DNA of 64,000 nt from Octopus bimaculoides (Eukaryota), in NCBI RefSeq assembly GCF_001194135.2, contig NC_068981.1, positions 57,629,623-57,693,622 of the forward strand, written 5' to 3'. The position numbers were made by a program, and so were the translations under genes. Shown piece after piece: positions 48,860 to 60,860 of this stretch (positions are counted from its first letter, which is position 1; every line of letters begins with the position of its first letter). The notes below the pieces were generated by a model. It was not told where the DNA came from and did no database searches. It saw only the letters and a list, made by a program, of their open reading frames with translations.

Positions 48860-49952
48860 GCAGAAGTTCCAGTCATACAATCTAGCATGTCTACTCAAGA
48901 AGCCAAGAGACAACGCACTGTAAATTTGCTTCATGCCAGGGTTGCAATTAGATGTATTGCTGGGAGGCATCAAGAGAAAGCAAGGAAATAGAGGCATATA
49001 TAAAAAATGGGATAATGCATTTCTTAAATCTCTCAAAGCCAAAATTTCGAAAGACCCAACAACATCTATGAGAAAACTGTCCATGGACATGAAAGTTGAT
49101 CCAAAGACCATCAGAACTGCTGTACACACTGATTTACATTTGGGGGTCATATGTGAGGAACTTGAGACACCTATTGACCCATGAAATGAAAGCCAGAAGG
49201 CACGAAAGGGCCAAAAATGTGTTGTGATATCAGAAGCACAATGGACAAACTGTCAAAATCTTTTCAGATGAAAAAATCTTTACCGTTGATACTGTTTTAA
49301 ACCGTTGCCATGATCGATACATTGCTAAGTCACCTTCTGAAGTAAAGGGCATCTTTAGGACCAAGCACCCAGCTCAAGTCATGGTACTCGGTGTCATGGC
49401 GTCTGATGGACAAAAAGATGCCTCTCCATTTTTTTCAAGTTTGAGGAAAAGGTGGGGGCTGAAGTTTACTATAAAGTCCTGCAGTATAAGGTTTTGCCTT
49501 GGCTGAAGTCTAATTACCCCAATGGTAATTATGTGTGGACCTAAGATAGTTTTCTTTCTCATACGACAAAGAAAGTGTAGAAATTCTGCTAAGACAACTT
49601 TGCTGACTTTTGGCCTGCCAACTTCTGGCCTTCTTCCAGCTCAGACTTGAACCCCCTGGACTATGCCGTATGGGGAAAATTGGAGCATTCTACCAACAGA
49701 GCTTCGCATCCAAGTGTTGATCATCTTAAGAAAAATGTCCTGGACGAAGAGTGGGACAAATGTCAGAGTACTTCATCATGAAAAGTTGTGATGACTTCAG
49801 GCAGCATATGAAGGTAGACACATTGAATAAATTGTCTCTTTAAACACCTATAAACTTGTATTAAAATAATATTTACCTCGGGTTGCTGGTTGTTTATAAA
49901 ATTAAGAATTTGGTAATTATCTATTATTTCCAAGATTTGGTTCCCCACCCTG
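48860..49952 (+). mobile_element. Decayed Tc1/mariner-superfamily maT (DD37D) transposon, left end missing
   Basis: FSDEKIFTVD...VWT*DSF...WPSSSSDLNPLDY with 37 residues between the second and third Asp; right end CACCCTG followed by TA; in-frame stops. Confidence 0.85.
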
Positions 49953-51017
49953 TAAATGTATTTATATACCCTAGAAAGGCATGCTGCTGTAGTTTTTATC
50001 TGAGAGAAAATCTCGTCATAGACATGTTAAAAACAATGTATATCAAAGCGAAATAAGCACCATCGCAGAATGACTCATGGGACACATTTCACTTTTCTTG
50101 GGAGCTTGTCAATAATATGTATCAATTTGTCAAGTGCTTGAATGAAATTCATGTCCTGATATGCAAAAAAAGAGCGAATATNNNNNNNNNNNNNNNNNNN
50201 NNNNNNNNNNNNNNNNNNNNNNNNNNNNNNNNNNNNNNNNNNNNNNNNNNNNNNNNNNNNNNNNNNNNNNNNNNNNNNNNNNNNNNNNNNNNNNNNNNNN
50301 NNNNNNNNNNNNNNNNNNNNNNNNNNNNNNNNNNNNNNNNNNNNNNNNNNNNNNNNNNNNNNNNNNNNNNNNNNNNNNNNNNNNNNNNNNNNNNNNNNNN
50401 NNNNNNNNNNNNNNNNNNNNNNNNNNNNNNNNNNNNNNNNNNNNNNNNNNNNNNNNNNNNNNNNNNNNNNNNNNNNNNNNNNNNNNNNNNNNNNNNNNNN
50501 NNNNNNNNNNNNNNNNNNNNNNNNNNNNNNNNNNNNNNNNNNNNNNNNNNNNNNNNNNNNNNNNNNNNNNNNNNNNNNNNNNNNNNNNNNNNNNNNNNNN
50601 NNNNNNNNNNNNNNNNNNNNNNNNNNNNNNNNNNNNNNNNNNNNNNNNNNNNNNNNNNNNNNNNNNNNNNNNNNNNNNNNNNNNNNNNNNNNNNNNNNNN
50701 NNNNNNNNNNNNNNNNNNNNNNNNNNNNNNNNNNNNNNNNNNNNNNNNNNNNNNNNNNNNNNNNNNNNNNNNNNNNNNNNNNNNNNNNNNNNNNNNNNNN
50801 NNNNNNNNNNNNNNNNNNNNNNNNNNNNNNNNNNNNNNNNNNNNNNNNNNNNNNNNNNNNNNNNNNNNNCATCCAGCTGTAGAAACTCTGCCAAATTAGA
50901 TTGGAGCTTGGTGTTGCCATCCGGTTTCACCAGTCCTCAGTCAAATCGTCCAACCCATGCTAGCATGGAAAGCGGACGTTAAACGATGATGATGATGATG
51001 ATATATATATATATATC

Positions 51018-51049
<32 letters not shown>

Positions 51050-51059
51050 CACGGTGGGA

Positions 51060-51480
51060 CAGAGAAGATGGACGTTTTTGAACTGGCTATTACTCAGCCC
51101 CAGGGGGAGGAACATAGGTCTGCAAGGACCTATGCCTCGAGGCATCCCACTGAACTTGGCATCGGTAACCATGCAGTAAGGTGTATTTTGCATGAAGATC
51201 TGCATTTCCACCCTTTCCAAGTTGTTGAAGATGACGATGAACAGTCTTCAACTGATAATGCAGGATTTTCTTCAAGTAATGCCTCAAGGATGTCCTGTTT
51301 GATCTTTCAAGGCTGAAATCTCCACTTCTGAACTTTGCAAACCATCCTCTGCAAGTTCTTTCATTCAAGCATTCTTTCCCATAAACTGAGTGTATGAATT
51401 GCTTCAGCTGCAGAGTTTCCTTTTTTTGTACTCATAAAGCATTATGTGCCTCAAATGCTCTTTGGAGACTTCCATGTTAG
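51060..51480 (-). mobile_element. Mariner transposase 5' fragment
   Basis: NERTCRGWFAKFRSGDFSLE (mariner HTH segment). Confidence 0.7.
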
Positions 51481-52184
51481 AATCAAAGAAAAAAATTTTA
51501 TTCTATTATTCTGTAAAATAATATTTAATTAGTTTAAATGTATACAAATGCATAAAAATAATTTTTAATTCCATTAGACATTCTAAAATACTATTAAATT
51601 TCATTCAATTNNNNNNNNNNNNNNNNNNNNNNNNNNNNNNNNNNNNNNNNNNNNNNNNNNNNNNNNNNNNNNNNNNNNNNNNNNNNNNNNNNNNNNNNNN
51701 NNNNNNNNNNNNNNNNNNNNNNNNNNNNNNNNNNNNNNNNNNNNNNNNNNNNNNNNNNNNNNNNNNNNNNNNNNNNNNNNNNNNNNNNNNNNNNNNNNNN
51801 NNNNNNNNNNNNNNNNNNNNNNNNNNNNNNNNNNNNNNNNNNNNNNNNNNNNNNNNNNNNNNNNNNNNNNNNNNNNNNNNNNNNNNNNNNNNNNNNNNNN
51901 NNNNNNNNNNNNNNNNNNNNNNNNNNNNNNNNNNNNNNNNNNNNNNNNNNNNNNNNNNNNNNNNNNNNNNNNNNNNNNNNNNNNNNNNNNNNNNNNNNNN
52001 NNNNNNNNNNNNNNNNNNNNNNNNNNNNNNNNNNNNNNNNNNNNNNNNNNNNNNNNNNNNNNNNNNNNNNNNNNNNNNNNNNNNNNNNNNNNNNNNNNNN
52101 NNNNNNNNNNNNNNNNNNNNNNNNNNNNNNNNNNNNNNNNNNNNNNNNNNNNNNNNNNNNNNNNNNNNNNNNNNNNNNNNNNNN

Positions 52185-52520
52185 ACATAAGATGTACCAT
52201 CCTGAGCGTGACCGTTGCCAGTACCGCCTGACTGGCCTTGTAGGGTTTTCGAGCGAGATCGTTGCCAGTGCCCCTGGACTAGCTCTTGTGTGGGTGGCAC
52301 ATAAAAGACACCATTTTGAGCGTGGCCGTTTTCGTGCGGGTGACACGTAAAAGCACCCACTACACTCTCTGAGTTGTTGGCATTAGGAAGGGCATCCAGC
52401 TGTAGAAACTCTGCCAAATTAGATTGGAGCCTGGTGTAGCCATCCGTTTGCACCAGTCCTCAGTCAAATCGTCCAACCCATGCTAGCATGGAAAGCGGAC
52501 GTTAAACGATGATGATGATG
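52185..52520 (+). mobile_element. RTE 3'-UTR copy with (GAT)n tail
   Basis: Near-identical to the reverse complement of 39150-39480. Confidence 0.9.
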
Positions 52521-55500
52521 ATATATTCATATATATATTCTGTATGTATGACAACTATTCAGACAAATGAAAATACAGTCTTATTGTTCTATGAGAGTCA
52601 TGTTACCTCTACAAATGAAAAACTCATGGTTTTTAATGCTTGCCCAAGCTGGGGACTGAACCCAAAACCATGCTGTTGGGAAGCAAATTTCTTATCACAT
52701 TGATAAAATCTCAAAATCTTTTTTCTTCCTGATTACTCTGATTCAGGTTATTTCATTGTAAGGCTAGAAATTGAAGTCTTCAGAAAGAATAGATAAATTA
52801 TATATGATTTCTGAATCTGCTAAATCTCTTTATTTTTTTTAGTATAAAGGAAAAAGTATAGATTACAATAACGTACAGATTTTGTTATGTAATCATAATT
52901 GGAATTAAAAATTTGTCCTTACCATTTCCAACTGTTGCTCAATAGATCAATCTTCACCTTGTCTCAGTCTGTCTAATCAGAGCTGGATAACAGGAAAAAG
53001 TCTTCCTTACATTCAGTGCTGACCATGTCGAGCTTGTTTTTACTTTCTTTTGAAATGTTCAATTAATGCATTATTAGAGGCTTTGGTTAAGGTGGTGAGC
53101 TAGTGGAATCATTTGCATGATGGGCAAAATGCTTTGCTGAATTTTGTCTGTCTTTATGTTCTGAGTTCAAATCCTGCCGAAGTCAACTTTGCCTTTCGTC
53201 CTTTAGAGTCAATGAAATAAGTACCAGTTGAGGAACGGGGTCATCAGAAAGGTTTATTGTAGCTATGATAATGATGTCTAAGAGTAAATAAGTTTGGATA
53301 AAGTGAGTTAGGGAGTAATGTAGAATGAGAGGACAGTCTAGTAAACAGTATGTTTGGTCATCTCTAGAATCTTGTTTTCAAGAAAACTGATCTGACCTTT
53401 CAAGTCAATGATCCCAGAATAGTTGTTTTTGTAAATATTGGCAATGTCTGGGTAGGATTTTTTATTCAAGCTGCAAAAAAGATGGGATTCTTGTACACAT
53501 TTATGATCAATTTCTTTTCTTCTTCATTTGGATGATTGTGCACAGAGGTATCCATTTCTGAGGAACAAATGATGAAGATCCAGTTATTTCAGCCATGACA
53601 ATCAGCACAAGTTTGCCATGTAGAGTTTTGTTGCAATAAAAATAGTTTTTGTCATTTCTTTCATTTTTTGACTAGTTTTCATGTTGGTGATTGAGGTCTC
53701 AGAATTTTTATAATTAATGGCCTAATTAATTTAGAAAAGTCAGATGGCAAGCTGACAGATCATTAGCATGCTGAGAAAATGCTTAGCAGCATTTCATCTT
53801 TTACATTCTGAGTTCAAATTTCACTAAGGTCAACTTTGTCTTTTACCCTCTCAGGGTTGATAAAGTAGGTACCAGTTAAACTCTGGAGTTGTTATAATCA
53901 ACGTACTTCTCTAAAATTACTGGCCTTGTGTCAAAATTTGAAATTAATATCCTAATTAATTTAGAAAGAAGCTGAGGATAGACAAATGTTGTTTTTTGAT
54001 ACTTCAAACATTAACAGAAACATTGTTTAATCTAAATAAGCTCTGCATCTGCACTGATCGATGAATCAGATCCATTATATGTGGAAGAACGACATGTCAA
54101 TGAAGTAAGTTACACAATTCTGGAGGTTTTCATGGATTTTCACTTTTACTGAATGCTAGTCACTTTGCTCACAACTATGAGATAAATGTGTAGCTGGGGT
54201 AAATATATTCTCAATTATGAAGCCATTGGATTGTCCAAGGATGATGACAATAGACACAATGAGCTTACATTTTGCTTTGGGTTACAAATAGATACCTCTT
54301 ATGGGATGCCACCGTGACTCCTTCACTCCACCATACACCTTTAGAACAGTGGTGGAGGAGAGGGGTTTACTGCACCTACAGCTGAATAGAAGAAAATGTT
54401 AAAATAGCATAATTTGCCAGTGGATTATGTACTTCAGTTCATGGTGAGCAAGATATTTGGAGGAGCCAAGCTGGTGACAGTGAAGTTTTTACTACGGTAG
54501 GTATTTCACTCAATTATCACTTCTGTGAGGGTATGTTTGTTTCAGGGCTTTTAACATGGCCTTCACTTGTAGTAATGTCATAGTTGTTTTATGTTGCTTG
54601 AAACTTTTCAGCATTCAAACCTACCATATCTGGCTTAAATATTCTACTTCCTTTATGTTCAAACCATCCAGATCCAGCCTATCACACCTCCTATACAATT
54701 GTAGTAGCGCTGTGCGCATGCGTAGTCTCACGCATGCGTGGAATTCAACAACCAAGCATTCCCGCTTCTATTCTGTCTCTTTCTTGCTGGCCAGTGATTG
54801 AGCATGGACGTGTTTAGCTGTCTCTCTCCATCTTTCGAACTTACGCTAGACAGCTCGCTCACATCTACATAACAATGTCCCAACAACCATGCTCACATAC
54901 ACAGAAGCTGTAACAACAAACAAGAGCTAAAAATGTATATATTAACCACCTGAATAAATGTTGTTTAAGTTGATAGTCTGGAGTTCAGCGTTCCGTTATA
55001 TTCTTAATTTTATACAGGAACGTCAGGTATACATCTAATGATGTATAACCCACTTTCCTATACAATCATCATCATTTAACATCCGCTTTCCATTCTGGCA
55101 CGGTTTGGACAGTTTGACAGAAGCTGGCTAGGCAGAAGACTGCACCGGGCTTCAGTGTCTGTTTTGTCATGGTTTTTATGGCTGGATGCTCTTCCTAACG
55201 CCAACATTCTAAAAATAAGATCCGAAAAGCTGCAAGATAATGCATGATTAATTCAAAATAATGCGAACAAATAAGCATTGCATTTGACAGAGTAATCCAA
55301 ATGCTAAAATGATAAAACATTTTTGAACTGAACACTAGTGTCTCCCGATGTGGTGTATAATTAAGAAAGTGTACAAGCTTTATTATTACTTTTTTTGTCC
55401 CGTTTTTAATATTGTTGTTCGTTTACTTTGGTAAATTGTATTATCTAATAGGTTTAAAATTAATTAATAAAACAATCCCATTTATCTAAGGTAATAGAAA

Positions 55501-56808
55501 TAAGTTTTTAAATTATAGAAAGTAAAAAATATATACTGACATGTAGTGAGCAGAAATCAAAAATTAACTTCTGCCAAGCACTTATAATTCAATCAAAGTA
55601 TCTGTAACGAAGAGGTCCGAAAATCTGACGATGATGTGTTGGTTGGAGTTATCGGACGTAACTGATGACGATGAGGATGATTCTTGCAGAGTATGTCTTC
55701 TTGTTGAAAAGTGTGTAACTGAAAGGTGAAGTTTCAAGCAACATGATTTATTTTCGTTACATTTACGATTATAAATCAACCACGTTGGATCGATGAAAAT
55801 CAACATATAATTTTAACTGTATGCATTTGTTGACAATCTACTTAGTCTTGTGTGGTGTGTGACATGTGATAGAAAGGGTAATCTAAATGTGGTAGGCATG
55901 ACAATTAGATAGATAAATCAAGTGTGAGTAGATGTATGTCAGTGTGAAAGAAATGAATGGGGGAGAAAGGAGAGATGATAACAGTAGTTTTCATTTGACC
56001 CAGTGACATCGTTTCTTGTTCAGCCCCCAAACTGTCTGCAACAGGCTGCCACGATCGCTAGCAGGGAACTGACCCCTTTGGCTGGTCAGTTGATCGTATT
56101 TATAACAGTCTGCAGCCGATAGAAAGATGGACAAACCTTAGCTAAATATTCAGGTCAGATCTGGTTCATCTGAATTTAATTTCACCTAGCTGGTAATTAA
56201 AAACTCATCAATCATTGTTTTAATTGACAGGATAAGTTTTTCCGCGCTACAAACTGATTTGGCGGGCAAAAGTGCGACCAGTAATTTTAAAATGCAGTTT
56301 CAAATCTCAGGCGATAGAACTGATATTCGTTCTTTATATGTCCACAAAGAAAGTCAGATTTATTATTTTATTCTTAATTTTTAAGGACAGAAGAAATTAG
56401 TGATATTAGAGTTATTTCCCTTGATCTACACATTCTCTTCGCGCAGTTCCCTGCCATTTTTAGTCAACTGGTATCGAACGGAACATAAAATATGTGGGTG
56501 CGTCTTCGTCAAACAGATGTATAATTTATTTAGTTATTGCGATAAACACCTGTCTAACTGATTAATTCCCCTTGATCACTGTTTTGTATCGATTACACTA
56601 TGAAGTTTTACATATCGAAGTTCCCGCTGTCATGCAACCTGTCGAGAATCACACCCTCACGGAAGCTGTTTCACATATAACCTAACAAAACACTCGAAAA
56701 ACAATTTTTATTTATTGCTGCAGTTTCGGTTTCTTCCCCTGTTATTTATATATTATACCACCAATCCTGTTATTGAACTGATTTGGAAGAGAAATACCTC
56801 AGAGCGGC

Positions 56809-56923
56809 ATGGCTTTTTACACTATTTTGAATGTTGTTACAATAGTGTTGCTAATAATTGTAGGGCAGTGCCGGTCCTTAGACGTTGACCAAAGTGGATA
56901 TATAGTCTACTGTCCTTGCATGG
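56809..56923 (+). CDS. POFUT1: GDP-fucose protein O-fucosyltransferase 1, first coding exon (rest not found in window)
   Basis: MAFYTILNVVTIVLLIIVGQCRSLDVDQSGYIVYCPCM-G: signal peptide plus the POFUT1 motif GYxxYCPCMG, ending at a G|GTAAGT donor just before the expected RFGNQ. Confidence 0.88.
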
Positions 56924-57884
56924 GTAAGTAATATTTTTGGGATGATTTTTTTTTTTGTAATTTTTATTACTTATTTATATGGGTGGGGTTTCGGAATAGG
57001 TATTACTATCCTATGATGGTGGAGGTGAGGGAAGGTAAACTGTAAAAAGTTCCTACTTCCTATTGTAAGAAAAACAGGAATACTAAAAAAAAAAAGTTTT
57101 AAAAAATATCTCCCAGTCCCTTGCCCTTTTTCTTCCCCATGAGGTAGTGATTGTTATTCAAAAACTTCGCCCAAGAACGTTCAAACGTTATACCCGATTT
57201 GACACTGGTTTGCTTTAAACTTGCGACGAAGTTTAGCCATCTTTTCTAGCACGTGCGAAATATTTTGAGTTCCTGTTTTTTAACATCAAGGGATGGTGTT
57301 GTATAACCTCAGGTCGGTAACTTGGGCTAACCAAATGTCTTCACTGTTGCCTCAGGTGAACCAAAGCCTTATGAAGTTTGGTTGACGGAAACTGTACGGA
57401 GAACTGGTCGCATGCTCTGAGAAAGTTCGCCAAGTCTGTAGGGTAACAGATAACTAGCTGAAAGGTCTGCGGTTCATATATGCTCAGCATTGGATTGAGC
57501 CAATAGCTATAATACTGAACTCTCAAAACGGTGCGGTAACCAAATTCACTTACTTTCGTAAGGTAAACTGAGCTTCAAATGACAGCGATGAACACATCTG
57601 TAACCTACCAAGAAATCCTTACGGGCGTGGATGTTCACCAGAGCCACCAATTGACAGATTTGAATCACTAATGTTTGCCTTTGTGTTAGGGTTTTAGTTA
57701 CTGTAGCCTATTTGTTTTTGATATAATTTTTGTAGTTCCGTTCCTGAGTAACTTCATTAGTTTCTCTCTTCAACCATTGATCTCTAAGTATTACCTCTAT
57801 CACACGCGCGCACGTACGCATCCACGCACAAGATGGTTTGGAATTTTATGCGTTTTACGCACTTAGTGATTCACTTAGATCTGT

Positions 57885-58293
57885 GGTACTTAACCATTTT
57901 TTGCCTATTGATCCCTTTAGTTCTTATTTTACACGGCTGGACCTTATTAATTTTTTTTACGGAATCCCACGTTTTAGGCTATGGAGATTCCGATTCTGAA
58001 AAAAAATTTTTTGAAAAATTTCACCCCCCCCCACCAAGCAGGCTATTTACATGCTAGAAATAACAGCCAAATCTCACAAAACTGGTGTTAGGGTTAGGGT
58101 TACGGTCAGGGTTAGGGTTAGGGTTTGAGTTAGGGTTAGGTTTACCCTGTGGATCTATATAAAAACCAGGGCGGGGGAATCGAAATTTTGAAATTGAGAT
58201 TTTAGAAATTTTTTTTCCAGAATCGAATTCTCCATGGTCTGAAACATAGGATTCCTTAAAAAAAATAACAAAATTTAAAAGGTGGGGTATACC
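57885..58293. mobile_element. TIR element (GGTA...TACC ends) containing an internal (TTAGGG)n-like tract
   Basis: Inverted segments GGAATCCCACGTTTTAGGCTATGGAGATTCCGATTCTG / CAGAATCGAATTCTCCATGGTCTGAAACATAGGATTCC; telomere-like repeats at 58088-58140. Confidence 0.7.
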
Positions 58294-59210
58294 CAGATTA
58301 CATATACTCCATCTCCACCGAATATTTTAACAAAGTATACGCAATTATAAGGGGGGGGGGAAGGTTCAGATTACATATAGTCCATCTCTACCAAATATTC
58401 ATTGTATTATAACCTTTATTTTCATATATGTCTTATAGCATAATAATTAATAATAAAATCTTTTAACATTATTTACTCCAGAATCTCTTCATATTCACAT
58501 TTCACTTGGCTCTCTATTTTACTCTTACTTATCTTCTTCTTTCTATGTTTGTCTACTCTCTCTCTCCTGCTTATTCTCTTTCCCTTTCTATCAGTCATCT
58601 CTTCTTTATATATCTATCTTTCTATCTGTATCTCTCTGTCTCTTCTGTTTGCTTTTCTCTCCCCCACTCTTCCTCTTTCTATGTTTGTTTACTCTCTTTT
58701 CAACTTATTCTCCTTCCCTTTCCGTCATTTCTGTATCAATCCTGTCTATCTAATAGTTTCACATTTTGACACAAGTCCAAAAATTTTGTGGGAGAGGGGA
58801 TAAATCAATTACATCAACCCCAGTGCTCAACTGGTACTTATTTCACCAACTCCTGAAAAGATGAAAGACGCAGTCGACCATGGTGGAATTTGAACGGAGA
58901 ACATGAAGACAGACAAAATGCTGCTAAGCATTTTGCCTCGCATAATAATAATAATAATAATAATAATAATAGCAACATCTGCGGGCTTCTTTCCAAATCA
59001 TTGGTGGGACTCAAATGTCACATTCAACATAAGCATTATGACTGACAAAGAAAGTGTACTTCAAAACCAGTGAGAGATTCCATCATCATCATCTATATAT
59101 ACATATATGTATTTTAAAATTTTGCATAGGCATACGGAGACTAATAACCTGGTGTAGAACTCAATATACATATGGTCTAGAACACAATGTTAGATGAGTA
59201 TGCAGTGGTA

Positions 59211-59663
59211 TAGGAACAAAGAGATGACACGAGAAAAAAAAACAAAGGTTATGTAATAAACTTCATTATCTTACAGCTGTTTCTGCTATAAGATGTGGTG
59301 AACTCCGAGTTGACTTTATGTCTAGATGTGGTGGACTCTCTGCATGACTATATGTCTGCGTAAGTTTTCTTCTTTTTTCATTCTGGTATACGCACATATA
59401 TATTTGCATATTTTTTTCAACATTTGGACAAATCTTTCCATGGGCATCAACATCAACTTCCTCACTCCTGATGCCTGTATGTTCTGAAAATGTAATTTTC
59501 ACAAATAAAGCACACTTCATATTCAAGGCTTTGATGAAGCTATAGGATGTTACCCAGGGACTCAACTAAGAGTCTACCACATCTTATAGCAGAAACAGCT
59601 GTAAGCTAATGCAGTTCATTACATGAGCTTAGTTTTTTTTCTGATGTCATCTCTTTGTTCCTA
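59211..59663. mobile_element. Tc1/mariner-type MITE with about 105-bp TIRs
   Basis: TAGGAACAAAGAGATGAC...CTTACAGCTGTTTCTGCTATAAGATGTGGT is inverted at the right end; flanked by TA on both sides. Confidence 0.8.
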
Positions 59664-59680
59664 TACATACATATATAATA

Positions 59681-59800
59681 GTCTATAGGCCATATCACGC
59701 TGAGAGCACCGGTTCTCATCCGATCACCGAAGTTAAGCAACGTCGAGCTTAGTGAGTACTTAGATGGGTGACCGCTTGAGAAACCTAGGTGCTGTAAGCG
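59681..59800 (+). pseudogene. Isolated, diverged full-length 5S rRNA copy (likely retroposed or a SINE3 head)
   Basis: GGCCATATCACGCTGAGAGCACCGGTTCTCATCCGATCACCGAAGTTAAGCAACGTCGAG...AGTACTTAGATGGGTGACCGCTTGAG...GTGCTGTAAGC follows the 5S consensus including A- and C-box regions; single copy, no oligo-T terminator directly after. Confidence 0.9.
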
Positions 59801-59812
59801 TCCCACACGTTC

Positions 59813-60097
59813 ATCGTTGCCAGTGCCACTGGACTGGCTCCTGTGCAGGTGGCGCGTAAAAAACACCTTTTTGAGCGTGGCCATTGCCAGTATCGCATGA
59901 CTGGCCCTCGTGCCATTGGCACGTAAAAGCACCCACTACACTCTCGGAGTGGTTGGTGTTAGGAAGGGCATCCAGCTGTAGAAACTCTGCCAGATCAGAT
60001 TGGAGTCTGGTGCAGCCTTCTGGCTTGCCAGTCCTCAATCAAATCGTCCAACCCATGCTAGCATTGAAAGCAGGCGTTAAACGATGATGATGATGAT
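59813..60097 (+). mobile_element. RTE 3'-UTR segment with (GAT)n tail, abutting the 5S copy
   Basis: Starts ATCGTTGCCAGTGCC, the sequence that follows the ORF2 stop in the 39148-39800 element; ends AAACGATGATGATGATGAT. Confidence 0.88.
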
Positions 60098-60523
60098 TAA
60101 TGCACATCATATCACTGAAAGACGTTTTAATGCTTAGCACAGAATTATATTTATATATTATATGTATAACATATTTAATAATAAGATGTTATGACGTAAA
60201 GCTGGAATAAAATGTCCAAATATTGTAATTTAACACATGATATTTATACATACTTTTTGCACTAATGTTTCTATTTCTAAAGTCATACCATTTTCTAAAC
60301 AAGAAAAACTACTTTACTCTTCATTTCCTATCATCACCTGTCAAAATTGATTAGAAGAGTGTCAAACAAAATACCTGTAATGTTAATTTAATTGTGCCAC
60401 GTTTTGTATTAATTTAAAATTCTGTTGAAGCCAACATTGTTTCATTTTTCTGGAGTTAATAAAAAATTATCAGTCAACTGCTGGGGTTAATTTAATACTT
60501 CTATAAGGCCTCCTAGATATAAT

Positions 60524-60860
60524 CATCAACATCATTTAACATCTGTTTTCCATGATGGCATGGGTTGGACAGTTTGACAGGAGCTGCCCAAGCTCCATGT
60601 CTGTTTTGGTATGATTTTGGATACAACAATTTGGAGATATGTGTTTGTGTGCTAATATTGAACTGTGGGAATGAGTGTTCAACATCGCACTGGTGGACAA
60701 ATGTAGCATGGCTGTTCGCACACACGCGTCATACAGTCTACCTTTTACTTTGAACGAGAGGCCCTTCGTCACCAACAGAGGTAGGCGCTCTCTGAACTTT
60801 GCCCAGGTTATTCTTATTCTAGCAGCTACACTCTCAGAGCATCCACCTACACTAGTGTCT
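60524..60860 (-). mobile_element. RTE remnants (RT C-terminal region and 3' tail)
   Basis: GGCSESVAARIRITWAKFRERLPLLVTKGLSFKVKGRLYDACVRTAMLH. Confidence 0.8.

Noticed and set aside
55570-55700. GC-richer segment with ATG...DDDEDDSCR followed by gtatgt, a possible exon
   Set aside because: No recognisable homology or partner exons; cannot be supported from sequence alone.
55960-55985. GAAAGGAGAGA resembling the U6atac 5' end
   Set aside because: Similarity does not extend; purine-rich simple sequence.
57530-57560. GGTAACCAA (GNQ) as POFUT1 exon 2
   Set aside because: Lacks the preceding RF codons and an acceptor, and hits a stop within a few codons; exon 2 was not found in the window.
58088-58140. 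(TTAGGG)n tract as a telomere or fusion site
   Set aside because: Short, degenerate and enclosed by the TIRs of a transposon-like element.
58294-58399. 33-bp direct repeat with a 40-bp spacer, superficially CRISPR-like
   Set aside because: Only two imperfect units, eukaryotic context and no cas genes; a local tandem duplication beside a MITE.
59681-59800. Functional 5S rRNA gene array
   Set aside because: Single diverged copy with imperfect terminal helix, no terminator and no spacer repeat.
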